A stretch of DNA of 64,000 bases from Croceivirga sp. (GTDB lineage Bacteria > Bacteroidota > Bacteroidia > Flavobacteriales > Flavobacteriaceae): positions 4,344 to 68,343 of the forward strand of contig JBHJJC010000064.1 of NCBI GenBank assembly GCA_050042945.1. Direction: 5' to 3'. Of this stretch, positions 10,083-19,794 are shown piece after piece; the stretch's first letter is position 1, and every line of letters begins with the position of its first letter. A program made the translations under genes and the position numbers. The notes beneath the pieces are model-generated. The model saw nothing but the letters and a program-made list of their open reading frames with translations, made no database searches and was not told the DNA's origin.

Positions 10083-10838
10083 TTAAATTTTTTCAATGTG
10101 GTCCTTTAATAGGTATACGGTTTCACTGTTATAGAAAGTACGAAAAGCTTTTACCTTTTTATCGGCAGATAGTGCTGCTTTGTAATTTTGTGGAGCCTTT
10201 ATTGCGTATAATTTATGGTCGGTTGCCCATTTAGCCGTCCATTTAACCTCTTTAATATTCACCGGATTCATAGATTCCATACTTACAGAAAAAGAATTAA
10301 GGGGCAAGGATAATCCTTTTCCGATATGTTTGATTACAGCCTCCTTTCTGGTCCATAAACTAAAGAAACCTTCATATCTTTTTAATCTTGGTAATGACTT
10401 TAAGGCGGCTATCTCATCGCCGTAAAAATGGTTTTTGGCAATTTCAAGGATATCAAAATCCGTAGTTATTTTTTCAATATCTGTGCCTAAAGGATGATTT
10501 GCACAAAACCCTAACAATATTTGGTCACCTGAATGGGAAACATTGAAATGCGGAACAGAGGGTCCTTCCATTAAGGGTTTTCCGAATTCATCATATTTAA
10601 AAACAATATTTTGAGACCTCTGATTAGTATATTTTTCCAATAGTATCCTTAAAGCTCCCCTGGCACAAATAAAACTAATTTTGTCTTTTTCAAATCGATA
10701 TTTAGCGGCTCTGTCCCTTTCTTTCTGGCAAAGAATATTGGCAAATAAATCAATATCCTTATTTAAGAAATTATATGAAAAGGCCCATAGGTGAATTTCA
10801 CTGCTGTTAAGCTGAAAAAACTGGGGTTTAAAACTCAT
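10083..10838 (-). CDS. Sfp-type 4'-phosphopantetheinyl transferase
   Basis: FNVSHSGD, GTDIEKI and FSLWTRKEAVIKHIGKGL are present. The track start at 10892 overlaps the GT stop; the internal ATG at 10838 (MSFKPQFF) is plausible. Confidence 0.85.
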   Translation of the reverse strand: MSFKPQFFQLNSSEIHLWAFSYNFLNKDIDLFANILCQKERDRAAKYRFEKDKISFICARGALRILLEKYTNQRSQNIVFKYDEFGKPLMEGPSVPHFNVSHSGDQILLGFCANHPLGTDIEKITTDFDILEIAKNHFYGDEIAALKSLPRLKRYEGFFSLWTRKEAVIKHIGKGLSLPLNSFSVSMESMNPVNIKEVKWTAKWATDHKLYAIKAPQNYKAALSADKKVKAFRTFYNSETVYLLKDHIEKI

Positions 10839-10884
10839 ATTAATCCCTATAGGATTTTTTATTTTAGGATAAATTAACTTTATT

Positions 10885-12225
10885 TTAAGCAAGTAGGGGG
10901 GTCAATTTTCTTTGCCCATACTCTCGGTATTTCCTGTGAAAGAAATTCATTTTTTCTTTAAATGAAGGCTCTTCAAATATACGTTTGATATTTTTACGGA
11001 TTTGTAACGCATCGTCTTTATCCTTATCCCCTCTTATTCCCAGTCCATGATAATGGATTCTAGCGGCACAACCATTTTGGTCGAATTTTTTACCTGAATA
11101 TGCCAACATTGGTACGGAAAAATGGATACATTCATTGACACTGTTGTTGCCTGCATGTGTGATGCAACAATCCGTATGTTCCAACACCTTCATTTGTGGC
11201 ACCCAATAGATTATATGGACATTACTTGATTCTGTTTCCAACCGATTTGGAGGTAGTTTCCCTCCCAAACTAATAATGAGCATCCATTCATCCTTTTCTT
11301 CCACAGCGGAGATTACTTTTTTTAAAAAAGAAAGGTCAGGGTCTAAAAGGCTACTGGCAGCGCAATAAATGAGCTTTTTCCTACTATGTTCTTTAAGCCT
11401 TAAAATGTTATCTAGTAAATTGTTCTCCGTGATATTTAACATCATCTTTCTTTTTTCATGTACCATAGGACCAGCATAGTAAAAGTTTCGTTCGGGCTGA
11501 TGTGGAAAATCCATTTCAGCCATTGTGAATGAGATAAACGGAAGGTTAGTGTATGAAAAGAATATGGGTAAATTAGTAGCGATAAGCGTATCCGTAGGAA
11601 AACCGTTTTCTTTCGCATAGCGCAGTAAAGCAGCTCTTCTATAGCCTTTGAAAGTCAGATTGTTCAAAAATATTCGGAACTGTACTTTTATTTTGATATA
11701 AATCCAGTTAAACAAAATTCCCAGCGCACTTCCTTTTATTCCTTTGTTTGGAATAATGTCGGAACGTAGCGGTGGAAGTTTTGTGCCGTTTCCCATTTTA
11801 TTGGAAAACCATGTGCTCAAAATGGTTGTTGGTATTTTTAATGCGTAACAAACAAATATCAAGTCGTGTAATTCTTTATCGATCAGGACTTTATCGATAT
11901 GTAAATCAGATATGATTTTTTCGTAAACATCCAAGCCCAGCAATTTATTACCATCCTTTATGATTCTTTCCTTATTTTCTAGATGAAAAAGGAATTTCTT
12001 AATCCAGGAAAGGTTTTGTAAGCGACCGAGATTTTCTGTGGAAAGAGAGAGCTTTATCGGTGGTAGCTGAACATATGCCAAATCGTAACGTTCAATTTGT
12101 TCTTTTAAATCCAATACCGATAGACAGGTAATTTTATGTCCTTCGGATTTTAAACGATAAGCGACCTCTAAACTACTGTTCAAATTCCCTGTGAAACCGG
12201 TAAAAATTAGTCCTATGTGCGGCAT
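10885..12225 (-). CDS. GT1-family (MGT/UDP-glycosyltransferase-like) glycosyltransferase
   Basis: The C-terminal nucleotide-sugar signature is WVPQMKVLEHTDCCITHAGNNSVNECIHFSVPMLAYSGKKFDQNGCA. The N-terminus has a G-rich loop (GLIFTGFTGNLN). Confidence 0.8.
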   Translation of the reverse strand: MPHIGLIFTGFTGNLNSSLEVAYRLKSEGHKITCLSVLDLKEQIERYDLAYVQLPPIKLSLSTENLGRLQNLSWIKKFLFHLENKERIIKDGNKLLGLDVYEKIISDLHIDKVLIDKELHDLIFVCYALKIPTTILSTWFSNKMGNGTKLPPLRSDIIPNKGIKGSALGILFNWIYIKIKVQFRIFLNNLTFKGYRRAALLRYAKENGFPTDTLIATNLPIFFSYTNLPFISFTMAEMDFPHQPERNFYYAGPMVHEKRKMMLNITENNLLDNILRLKEHSRKKLIYCAASSLLDPDLSFLKKVISAVEEKDEWMLIISLGGKLPPNRLETESSNVHIIYWVPQMKVLEHTDCCITHAGNNSVNECIHFSVPMLAYSGKKFDQNGCAARIHYHGLGIRGDKDKDDALQIRKNIKRIFEEPSFKEKMNFFHRKYREYGQRKLTPLLA

Positions 12226-12363
12226 TACTGGTTAATTTGCGTTAGCTCTTGTTTGTATGTTTATTTTTGATTTTCTAAAATCCTTTTTCTTTGGGGTGAA
12301 ATCCAGTTTACCTAGTTTGGTAACCATTGACGGAGAACATTCTGGTGTTACATACTTCCCTAC

Positions 12364-14751
12364 TCATTTGTCAGCGATGTTTGCCTCAATTTTTTGAGCC
12401 ATTTCCAAAACATTTCCTTCATTGAAAATGGTATCGTGTCTCCCATTTAAATAAGAGAGGTGAACTTCTTTTTCTGAAATTGCCTGCCATCCCATACGGT
12501 ATTGATCGTTTATAAATTGGGTTTCTTTTTTTGTGAGCAATAAATACGTGTCCGCTATGTTTTTCTTGTTCCATGGATAAGTATTGTAGATGCGGATTAA
12601 ATTATTTTGAACTTTAGCCAAGCGTTTTTCATTTTCATTACCGATAATCATGGTTACGGTAGATTCGACAAAACGCGATAACTTGTTTCTAACAGCAAGT
12701 TTGATGGCTAATACCGGGTTTTGAGCAATTCTTTTAAAGAATCCTTGAATACGGGATTTTAATCGTGCTGTATCATTGAAATTTTCTTGATCGATGATGC
12801 TATCAACTATGAACAGCTTACATTCATGACCCTTCTGTTTGAGATAATGTGCTATTTCTATGCCTACCCCGGTACTAAAGCAATAGGTGATGATATGAAA
12901 TGGTCCGTTTGATTGAACTTTTAAGATTTCGTCCGCATAAGCAAATGCCATTTCTTCTATACTTGTATGCAATTCATTTTCTGAATCTATACCGGCAGGT
13001 TGTAGTGCATAAACAGGTCTATTTTTGTTCATAACACTAGCGAGTGGTTCAAAGAAAAATACATGTCCGCCACCTCCATGAATACAAAAAACAGGAGACT
13101 TGGTCCCACTACCTCTTAAAGGAATCAAATAGTTCCATTTCTTGTCGATATTTTCGTTGCTAATTGCAACGCCAAGCGAAGCGATAGTAGGATTTTCAAA
13201 AAGAACTTGCGGTGGTATTTTAATTCCCAATTTCTGGTCAAAAGCGGAAAATAGCTTTAGGGCATGGAGCGATTTCCCTCCAATGTCAAAGAAATTGTCA
13301 TATATGCTAATGGGTCTTATTTCAAATAGACTTTCCCAGATTTTAAGAAGTTCAAGTTCTGTATTGTTTCTGGCAGACCCAAAATTTTCGTTCCCTTTTT
13401 TTATCGTTGTTTTGTCTTTTTTGATGGAAAAATCCAATCGCTCTATTTGTGAAAGGTTTTCTTCAATGGTTTGGTGACTTTGATTGATAAAAATTTGTAA
13501 TAATTTTTTGAAGTTGCGCAAAAGCCAATCGGCAATTTCGGTCGATATAACTGCGGTATCTGAAATGAGTTGTACGGCAAACCCATCAATGGTCCTAATT
13601 ACCATGGTCACAGGATATGTGGAAGTGACCCCACTTCCAAAGTCTTTTACCAAGACTCCGGCACTTTCAATTTCATTCCAAGGGAAGTTTTCAAAAATGA
13701 ACAGATTATCAAATAAAGGGAGCTTGTTGGACCAGTTAATGAACTGTTCTATTTCGCCCGTGGTAATATGCTCAAATCTTCTGGATTTTATTTGCTGATC
13801 TTGGAGGTTTTTAAAGAAAGATGTAATATCAGTATCAATAGTCCATGAAGTGGTTACCGGAATGACGTTCATGAACATACCGGTCATGTGTTCTATGTTG
13901 ACCAATCCGCTAGACCTACCTGAAACGGTATTCCCAAAGACCATCTGGTTTTTATTGAAGTACTTTCCTAACAGTAAAGACCATATACCCTGTAAAATTG
14001 TATTTTGGGTAACTTTATAGGCCTTGGTCAGGGAAATTAACCCCTCTAAAAGAGCATCTGGGAATATTTCTTCCTGTATTTTATAATTAGAAGAAGTCTT
14101 TCTTGAATCACTATTGAAAATTGAAGGTGACCCAACCGATGCAAATACATTTTTCCAATGATGTTCAACGTCTCGGTGTTCAGTTTGATCGGCTAGTTGG
14201 TCTTGATATGCTTTCTGGGTTGGAATGGATTCTAGTGCAGTTTTTTTCCCTAGTTTGAAGTTTTCGTAAAAGGTGAAGACATCTTTGTAAATGATACTGG
14301 TGGACCATCCATCCAATAATAAATGATGACAGTTCCAGATAAGGAAATACTTGTTTTCCTTGGTTTTTATTAAATGTAAATTCCGTAACGGCCCTTTTTC
14401 AAAATCGATAGCTTGTCTCTTAGGGTTTGATTTGAAATGTTTTAATCTTACTTTGAACTCGTCTGGGTTCTCATTTGACCAATCAATAATTTCCCAATTG
14501 GCACTGATATGTTCATGTACTATTTGGACAGGATTTTTCACTTTTTCCCAATGTACCGTGGTTCTCAATACCTCATGCCTTTTGATAGCCGCATGCCAAG
14601 ATTTTTTGAGAACTTCAATGTCCAGTGGTCCTTCTAACAGGCATTGTACATGCAAAAAGCCTTGATCTGTTTTGTTCATCAAACGATGTAACAGCAGACT
14701 TTTCTGCATTTCCCCCAAAGGGTGTATTGTGACTACTTTTTTCCTTTCCAC
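12364..14751 (-). CDS. NRPS termination module lacking an adenylation domain: C-T-TE
   Basis: GTG start. The C core HHLLLDGWS is at 14302-14328. The carrier motif is FFDIGGKSLHAL, with Ser494 at 13270-13272. The TE region reads FCIHGGGGHVFFF, ITYCFSTGVG, NGRHD. At 795 aa there is no room for an A domain. Confidence 0.9.
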   Translation of the reverse strand: MERKKVVTIHPLGEMQKSLLLHRLMNKTDQGFLHVQCLLEGPLDIEVLKKSWHAAIKRHEVLRTTVHWEKVKNPVQIVHEHISANWEIIDWSNENPDEFKVRLKHFKSNPKRQAIDFEKGPLRNLHLIKTKENKYFLIWNCHHLLLDGWSTSIIYKDVFTFYENFKLGKKTALESIPTQKAYQDQLADQTEHRDVEHHWKNVFASVGSPSIFNSDSRKTSSNYKIQEEIFPDALLEGLISLTKAYKVTQNTILQGIWSLLLGKYFNKNQMVFGNTVSGRSSGLVNIEHMTGMFMNVIPVTTSWTIDTDITSFFKNLQDQQIKSRRFEHITTGEIEQFINWSNKLPLFDNLFIFENFPWNEIESAGVLVKDFGSGVTSTYPVTMVIRTIDGFAVQLISDTAVISTEIADWLLRNFKKLLQIFINQSHQTIEENLSQIERLDFSIKKDKTTIKKGNENFGSARNNTELELLKIWESLFEIRPISIYDNFFDIGGKSLHALKLFSAFDQKLGIKIPPQVLFENPTIASLGVAISNENIDKKWNYLIPLRGSGTKSPVFCIHGGGGHVFFFEPLASVMNKNRPVYALQPAGIDSENELHTSIEEMAFAYADEILKVQSNGPFHIITYCFSTGVGIEIAHYLKQKGHECKLFIVDSIIDQENFNDTARLKSRIQGFFKRIAQNPVLAIKLAVRNKLSRFVESTVTMIIGNENEKRLAKVQNNLIRIYNTYPWNKKNIADTYLLLTKKETQFINDQYRMGWQAISEKEVHLSYLNGRHDTIFNEGNVLEMAQKIEANIADK

Positions 14752-14856
14752 TTGCGGTTATACGGTTTTACTATTTCTAAAAACCCTCTAGGAATATGCC
14801 TGTGTTCCATATGGCCCAAAGAATATTTTCAGTTGCACTACAACATTTCTATTTCC

Positions 14857-17800
14857 TTATTCCAGTGAACCCAATAAATCATCCAGCTCCGTTTGACTCA
14901 GGCCTGCATCAGGGAAATCTGAAGGAGTATACGTCTTTTCCTGAGCATTTGTACAAAAGGACGAAATGCTGCTTAGATTTCCCAATAGATTATCCACTAA
15001 TTTTTTTATGGTATCATGTTTGTGCAATACCCGGCTGTAACTCCATCGCCCATTCAACTCTCCCTTTTCTGAAATCCAAGTATTCACTTCAAACATATAG
15101 GTACGCTCACTTAACGGGTGTCTTACATTGTCCAAAAGGAAATCCAATTCAACCCCTCTTGAAGAAACTTTCATCTGGGAACCGAGATAATTGAATGTAA
15201 CCTGAGGATAATCAACAGTTTCCAATTGATTTTTGATGTACCTTAATATACCATAACCTATCCCTCCGCGAGGAATATTTCTCATGGTTTCTTTTATATT
15301 AATGATATTACTTTTTCTATTCCCTCTATTTTGACCGTTGAACCTTACAGGAAAAAAGGATGTGAACCACCCAGCAGTTCCAGATAAGTCTATATCGGTT
15401 CCCTTGGTTTCGCGTCCGTGTCCTTCAATACCTATGCTTATTTCAGGGATTTTGCTCCATTTGGATAGTGTTTCTAACATGCCTGTAATCAAAAGTTCTA
15501 CTATTTTGGTGCCAAATGCCTCATTGGCACTGTTGAGCAAAATATCTGTTTGTTCCGCATCCATTCGAAAATCAATACTATCGATATCACTTTCATGAAT
15601 CGTATCGCTCTTTTTAATGAAATCAGTAGGCAACGATTTCACCTCCTTGATATGTTCTTTCCAAAAAGGGAGCTCATCCTCTAAATCCAAGTTTACCATA
15701 TAATTACTCCATGTTTGTATTGAAGAAGTTTTTTTAGGCAAGCTTAAAATTTTAGAATGATTGATTTGCTCTGACAGATAGATGAAATCATCGATGATAA
15801 TCTGCCAAGATACAGCGTCTATGACCAAGTGATGCCCCAAAAGTAAACATATCGGTGCGGTACTTTGCCCAGTGTATAGGTAAATACACTTGAACAATGT
15901 ATCTTTTGAAAGGTCTAAATTTTCTTGGGTATCTTTAATTATTTTAGTCAAGTATTTCGTTTGCTCTTGCTTATCGAGGTCGGAGATATTTTTATAGACT
16001 AGGAAGTTGATGCCTTTAGATTGCCCAATCGTAGCCTTCCATTTTTTTTGCTCTTTATAAAAATTAGAGCGCAGGGCATCATGTTGCTTCACTAGAACAC
16101 TCATAATATCCAAAAGCTCTTTTTCTTTCAAGGACGAAAGCCCAATAATCCGGTAACCTTGGTTCCAAAAATGGGGAGCATTTTTATGGGTCTCAAAAAA
16201 CCAATGTTGGATGGGTGTCATAGCGACACTACCCAAGATTATTCCAGTTTCTACTTCACCAATATTTGGGTTTTTTTTGATGGACACACATAGTTCTGCA
16301 ATAGTTTGATTTTCAAAGAGGTGGTTCGCCGTCAATTCGATGCCCTGTTTTCTTGCTTTTGAGATAATTTGTATGCTCAATATGGAATCCCCGCCAATTT
16401 CAAAGAAATTATCATTGAGACCAATTGGGCCCGTTTGTAGGACTTCTTCCCAAATTTGGATGAGCGTTGTTTCTATTGCATCGCGTTTTCCCATATTAGG
16501 CGTAATGACTCTGGAAAGTTCTGAAATGGTCTGGTGTTCGAATAACTGGTCTGCCGATAGTTCAAGGCCTAGTTTTCTTGCTTTTGAGATAATTTGTATG
16601 CTCAATATCGAATCACCACCCATTTCAAAGAAATTATCATCTATCCCAATAGGCGATATGTCGAGAACCTGCTCCCACAAATGGACCAATTGTTGTTCCG
16701 CACTGTCAAAAGTACTTTGATTTTCTTCCCTTGTTTTCACTTGGCCCATGGGAGTTGGCGCCATGGCCCTTAGCGTATTTTTATCCACTTTCCCATTTGG
16801 CAATACCGGGATATTCCCAACAATTTGAATGCTTGAGGGAACCATATAGTTTGGTAGTTGCTCTTTTAAAATGGAAGAGATTTTTAGGACGCTAGCTTCA
16901 TCTGTTTGTAATTTCACATAAGCCACCAATTTTTTTGAGACTTTGGATACTATCATATATATATCAGCATCCCTATTAGTGGCTTCCTCCTCCACCACTA
17001 GAACAACGGCTTGCTCGACCTCTTTTATGGCATGTAAAACATTTTCAATTTCATCAAGTTCGATGCGATGTCCCCGTATTTTCACTTGATCATCCGACCT
17101 TCCTAAAAACTCAAAACTACCATCTTTACGTTGTCTTGCGAAATCACCTGTCCTATATAGTTTTGCATCCCCTGTTTTTTCAAATGGATGGTCGATAAAA
17201 GCAGCTTTGGTCAGCTTTGGTCTGTTGATGTAGGCTTTGGACAAACCAGGACCTCCAATAAACAATTCCCCCGTTTCCCCTTCTGGTACTTGATTCAGGG
17301 CTTCATCCAGAAGTAAGATTTGGGCGTTTGCTACCGCTTTTCCAATAGGGATGGAACGCTCCAAGTCCTGTGGTTCAACTCGATGTGCCATACACCAAAC
17401 AGTTGCTTCAGTAGGGCCATATTCGTTGTATAAAGCTGTCTTAGGCAGAACTTTGAAATGCTTTTCTGCGGTATGTTTAGTGCAAGCCTCTCCTGCAACA
17501 ATAATCGTATTTAAAGACGCAAGGCACGCGACCTGGGCATGGTCCAAAATCACATCATAGAGCGTGGGCAGCATTAAGGTATGGCTTACTTGATGTGTGC
17601 GTATCGTTTCCGTCAATAACTGCATATCCTGTTCTAGCCGTTTTTCGGAAACCACCAAATTACCACCGCTGCACAAAGTCCAGAACAATCCAGCCTTGGA
17701 ACTATCAAATGCAATGGACGATAACAAAAGAAAGGCAGTCGGTTGGTTGGGGTAGAAATCCAAACGACCTCTAGTGGAATTCACGATATTCCCATGGGTA

Positions 17801-19752
17801 ATGGGCACACCCTTGGGTTTTCCAGAACTCCCTGAGGTATAGATGACGTAAGCCAAATGATCTGGCGTAGTTTCGGGGAAAACAACATTGGAATCCGTAC
17901 TGGATGGGGGTATCATGGAAATGTACGCTACCGTATTCGTATTAAAGCGCGATTCATACCCTTCTTCCGTAAGCACAAAATTCACTTCAGCATCTTTTAG
18001 CATATAAGCAATACGGTGCTTGGGGTATTCTGGATCTAAAGGCAAATAAGCGGCTCCAGCTTTTAGTATTGCCAATAATCCAATAACCAAGTCTACCGAA
18101 CGGTCCAAACATAGACCAACGATCTGATTTTCACCCTTGGTTTTTTGAACGATTTTAGTTGCAATAGCTGTTGATCTGTCCAGTAAATCTTGGTAGGTAA
18201 TGGAGGTAGGGCCACAGCTGACCGCCACCTTACTTGGAAACTGAACCGCTATATTATTGATGATCTCATGGATAGCAAAATTTCCTTCATATGCCCAGTT
18301 ATTAGCAGTAACAATTTCTTTTTTGCTAACATCATCGATTTTAAACAATGACGGCGGTCGCACTTCAATTTGGGAAATGTCAACCTGCTGGTCTATAATT
18401 ACCCTTTCAAGTACGGCTTTCAACTGCTCTTGAAATGAAAGGATGGAGTGTTCTTCAAATAAATCTGACATGTACTCTATGGTAGAGGAAATCTGTCCAT
18501 CTTCTTCCGCTATATAAAGGGTTAGGTCAAATTTGGCCACACCGACTTCCGAAGGATGATGCATGACCTTAAGATCTTCTGAAAAGAAAGGTTTTTCAGG
18601 AACTTTGTGATAAATGAACATTACTTGGAAAAATGGATTAATGTTCAGTTTTCGCTTTGGCATTAGTTCTTTGACCAAGATGTTAAAAGGTACATCCTTA
18701 TTTGCAAAAGCCTCTAGCACGACTTCTTTTACTCGGGTTACCAATCGGTCAAAGTTCATTGCCTCTTCAAGTTCGGTCTGAAGTACAATGGTGTCATTAA
18801 AAAACCCCATCAACCCCTCCAATTCCTTTGCATTTCTATTGGCTACAGGGGAACCTACGGCAATAGTCGTTTGTTTGCTTAACTTATGTAAGAGGATGTA
18901 ATATGCTGTCAACATAATTACGTAGGGTGTGGCCTGCATCTTTTTCGCGAGGGCAAGAATATCTTGGGAGAAATCCCATGAATATTTCTGGGTTTGCAGA
19001 CTTCCCCTATACGAAAGGGTAGTGGGTCTTAAGAAATCATGGGGTAATAGCAGGGATTGAACATTTCCTGCTAACCTCTTTTTCCAAAAATCGAGCTGCG
19101 CAATGGGAACTCCGATTTTTTTTTGATGGTAGGCATAATCCACATATTGTATTGATGGCCTCAACTTACTAAGCGGTTTATTGGAACTTAGTTCACTATA
19201 ATATTTGGCCAGATGTTTACGGAAGACCATCATGGACCATTTATCGGTTATGATGTGATTGAGCGTCAAGAAAAGGCGATGTTCATTATGAGAACATTTT
19301 ACTAAAGAGAATTTATACAAAGGGCCTTTTTCCAAAGAAAACGATGTGGATGCATCCTTTAACCCGATGCTTTCAATTTGATGCTCTAAATCTTTTCCTC
19401 TGAGGTTGCTAATATCATGAATAGTCAAATTCAGGGTAAGTGATTCATTAAGTGTCTGTATGATTTCCCCATCTTTTCCAGGGATATAGATGCTTCTAAG
19501 AACATCAAAATCCTTTAGAACATACTCTAATGCCTTTTCAAAAGAGGCGCTGTCCAGTTTCCCTTCAAAATTATAGCATTCACAATAATTGTAAAATGGG
19601 TTGTCAGGATGTAGTTTTTGCAAAAACCATAGCTGCTCTTGCCCATAGGATAGGGGAGCCAATAGCGCTTTGGGCATTTTTCGAATAGCAGCGAAACCAC
19701 TATTGCCGCCAACCTTGTCCCTTCTTTTCCATTGCTCTAGTAAAGATGCCAT
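14857..19752 (-). CDS. NRPS module C-A-T-T-E (tandem carrier domains followed by epimerase)
   Basis: The C domain has the variant core TLNHIITDKWS (19234-19260). The A cores are LAYVIYTSGSSGKPKG, NEYGPTE, YRTGD, GRSDDQVKIRGHRIE, PNGKVDK. T1 is FFEMGGDSILSIQ (Ser1048) and T2 is FFEIGGDSILSIQ (Ser1123). The E cores are PIQHWFF, HHLVIDAVSW, EGHGRE, GWFTSFFP, GIGYG, FNYLG. Confidence 0.92.
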   Translation of the reverse strand: MASLLEQWKRRDKVGGNSGFAAIRKMPKALLAPLSYGQEQLWFLQKLHPDNPFYNYCECYNFEGKLDSASFEKALEYVLKDFDVLRSIYIPGKDGEIIQTLNESLTLNLTIHDISNLRGKDLEHQIESIGLKDASTSFSLEKGPLYKFSLVKCSHNEHRLFLTLNHIITDKWSMMVFRKHLAKYYSELSSNKPLSKLRPSIQYVDYAYHQKKIGVPIAQLDFWKKRLAGNVQSLLLPHDFLRPTTLSYRGSLQTQKYSWDFSQDILALAKKMQATPYVIMLTAYYILLHKLSKQTTIAVGSPVANRNAKELEGLMGFFNDTIVLQTELEEAMNFDRLVTRVKEVVLEAFANKDVPFNILVKELMPKRKLNINPFFQVMFIYHKVPEKPFFSEDLKVMHHPSEVGVAKFDLTLYIAEEDGQISSTIEYMSDLFEEHSILSFQEQLKAVLERVIIDQQVDISQIEVRPPSLFKIDDVSKKEIVTANNWAYEGNFAIHEIINNIAVQFPSKVAVSCGPTSITYQDLLDRSTAIATKIVQKTKGENQIVGLCLDRSVDLVIGLLAILKAGAAYLPLDPEYPKHRIAYMLKDAEVNFVLTEEGYESRFNTNTVAYISMIPPSSTDSNVVFPETTPDHLAYVIYTSGSSGKPKGVPITHGNIVNSTRGRLDFYPNQPTAFLLLSSIAFDSSKAGLFWTLCSGGNLVVSEKRLEQDMQLLTETIRTHQVSHTLMLPTLYDVILDHAQVACLASLNTIIVAGEACTKHTAEKHFKVLPKTALYNEYGPTEATVWCMAHRVEPQDLERSIPIGKAVANAQILLLDEALNQVPEGETGELFIGGPGLSKAYINRPKLTKAAFIDHPFEKTGDAKLYRTGDFARQRKDGSFEFLGRSDDQVKIRGHRIELDEIENVLHAIKEVEQAVVLVVEEEATNRDADIYMIVSKVSKKLVAYVKLQTDEASVLKISSILKEQLPNYMVPSSIQIVGNIPVLPNGKVDKNTLRAMAPTPMGQVKTREENQSTFDSAEQQLVHLWEQVLDISPIGIDDNFFEMGGDSILSIQIISKARKLGLELSADQLFEHQTISELSRVITPNMGKRDAIETTLIQIWEEVLQTGPIGLNDNFFEIGGDSILSIQIISKARKQGIELTANHLFENQTIAELCVSIKKNPNIGEVETGIILGSVAMTPIQHWFFETHKNAPHFWNQGYRIIGLSSLKEKELLDIMSVLVKQHDALRSNFYKEQKKWKATIGQSKGINFLVYKNISDLDKQEQTKYLTKIIKDTQENLDLSKDTLFKCIYLYTGQSTAPICLLLGHHLVIDAVSWQIIIDDFIYLSEQINHSKILSLPKKTSSIQTWSNYMVNLDLEDELPFWKEHIKEVKSLPTDFIKKSDTIHESDIDSIDFRMDAEQTDILLNSANEAFGTKIVELLITGMLETLSKWSKIPEISIGIEGHGRETKGTDIDLSGTAGWFTSFFPVRFNGQNRGNRKSNIINIKETMRNIPRGGIGYGILRYIKNQLETVDYPQVTFNYLGSQMKVSSRGVELDFLLDNVRHPLSERTYMFEVNTWISEKGELNGRWSYSRVLHKHDTIKKLVDNLLGNLSSISSFCTNAQEKTYTPSDFPDAGLSQTELDDLLGSLE
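16273..16701 (-). repeat. tandem duplication encoding two consecutive carrier (T/PCP) domains
   Basis: The phosphopantetheine Ser codons are at 16609-16611 and 16384-16386, exactly 225 nt (75 codons) apart. The surrounding nucleotide strings are near-identical (ttttcttgcttttgagataatttgtatgctcaatat at 16348 and 16573). Confidence 0.9.
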
Positions 19753-19794
19753 TTATATCAATCTTTTTTTATCAAATTCTGCTTAGAAACCTAT

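Noticed and set aside
12232-12327. A 31-codon basic ORF (MVTKLGKLDFTPKKKDFRKSKINIQTRANAN) between the C-T-TE gene and the GT gene, considered as a possible MbtH-like or leader peptide.
   Set aside because: It has no MbtH signature (no conserved Trp pattern). It is short and Lys-rich, as expected from AT-rich non-coding DNA.
16340-16720. A 126-aa plus-strand ORF with an internal repeat (…FLAFEIICMLNMESPPISKKLS… occurring twice).
   Set aside because: It is the antisense shadow of the tandem T-domain duplication in the minus-strand NRPS gene. The other plus-strand ORFs inside 12364-19752 and 25587-28718 are likewise antisense shadows with no independent support.
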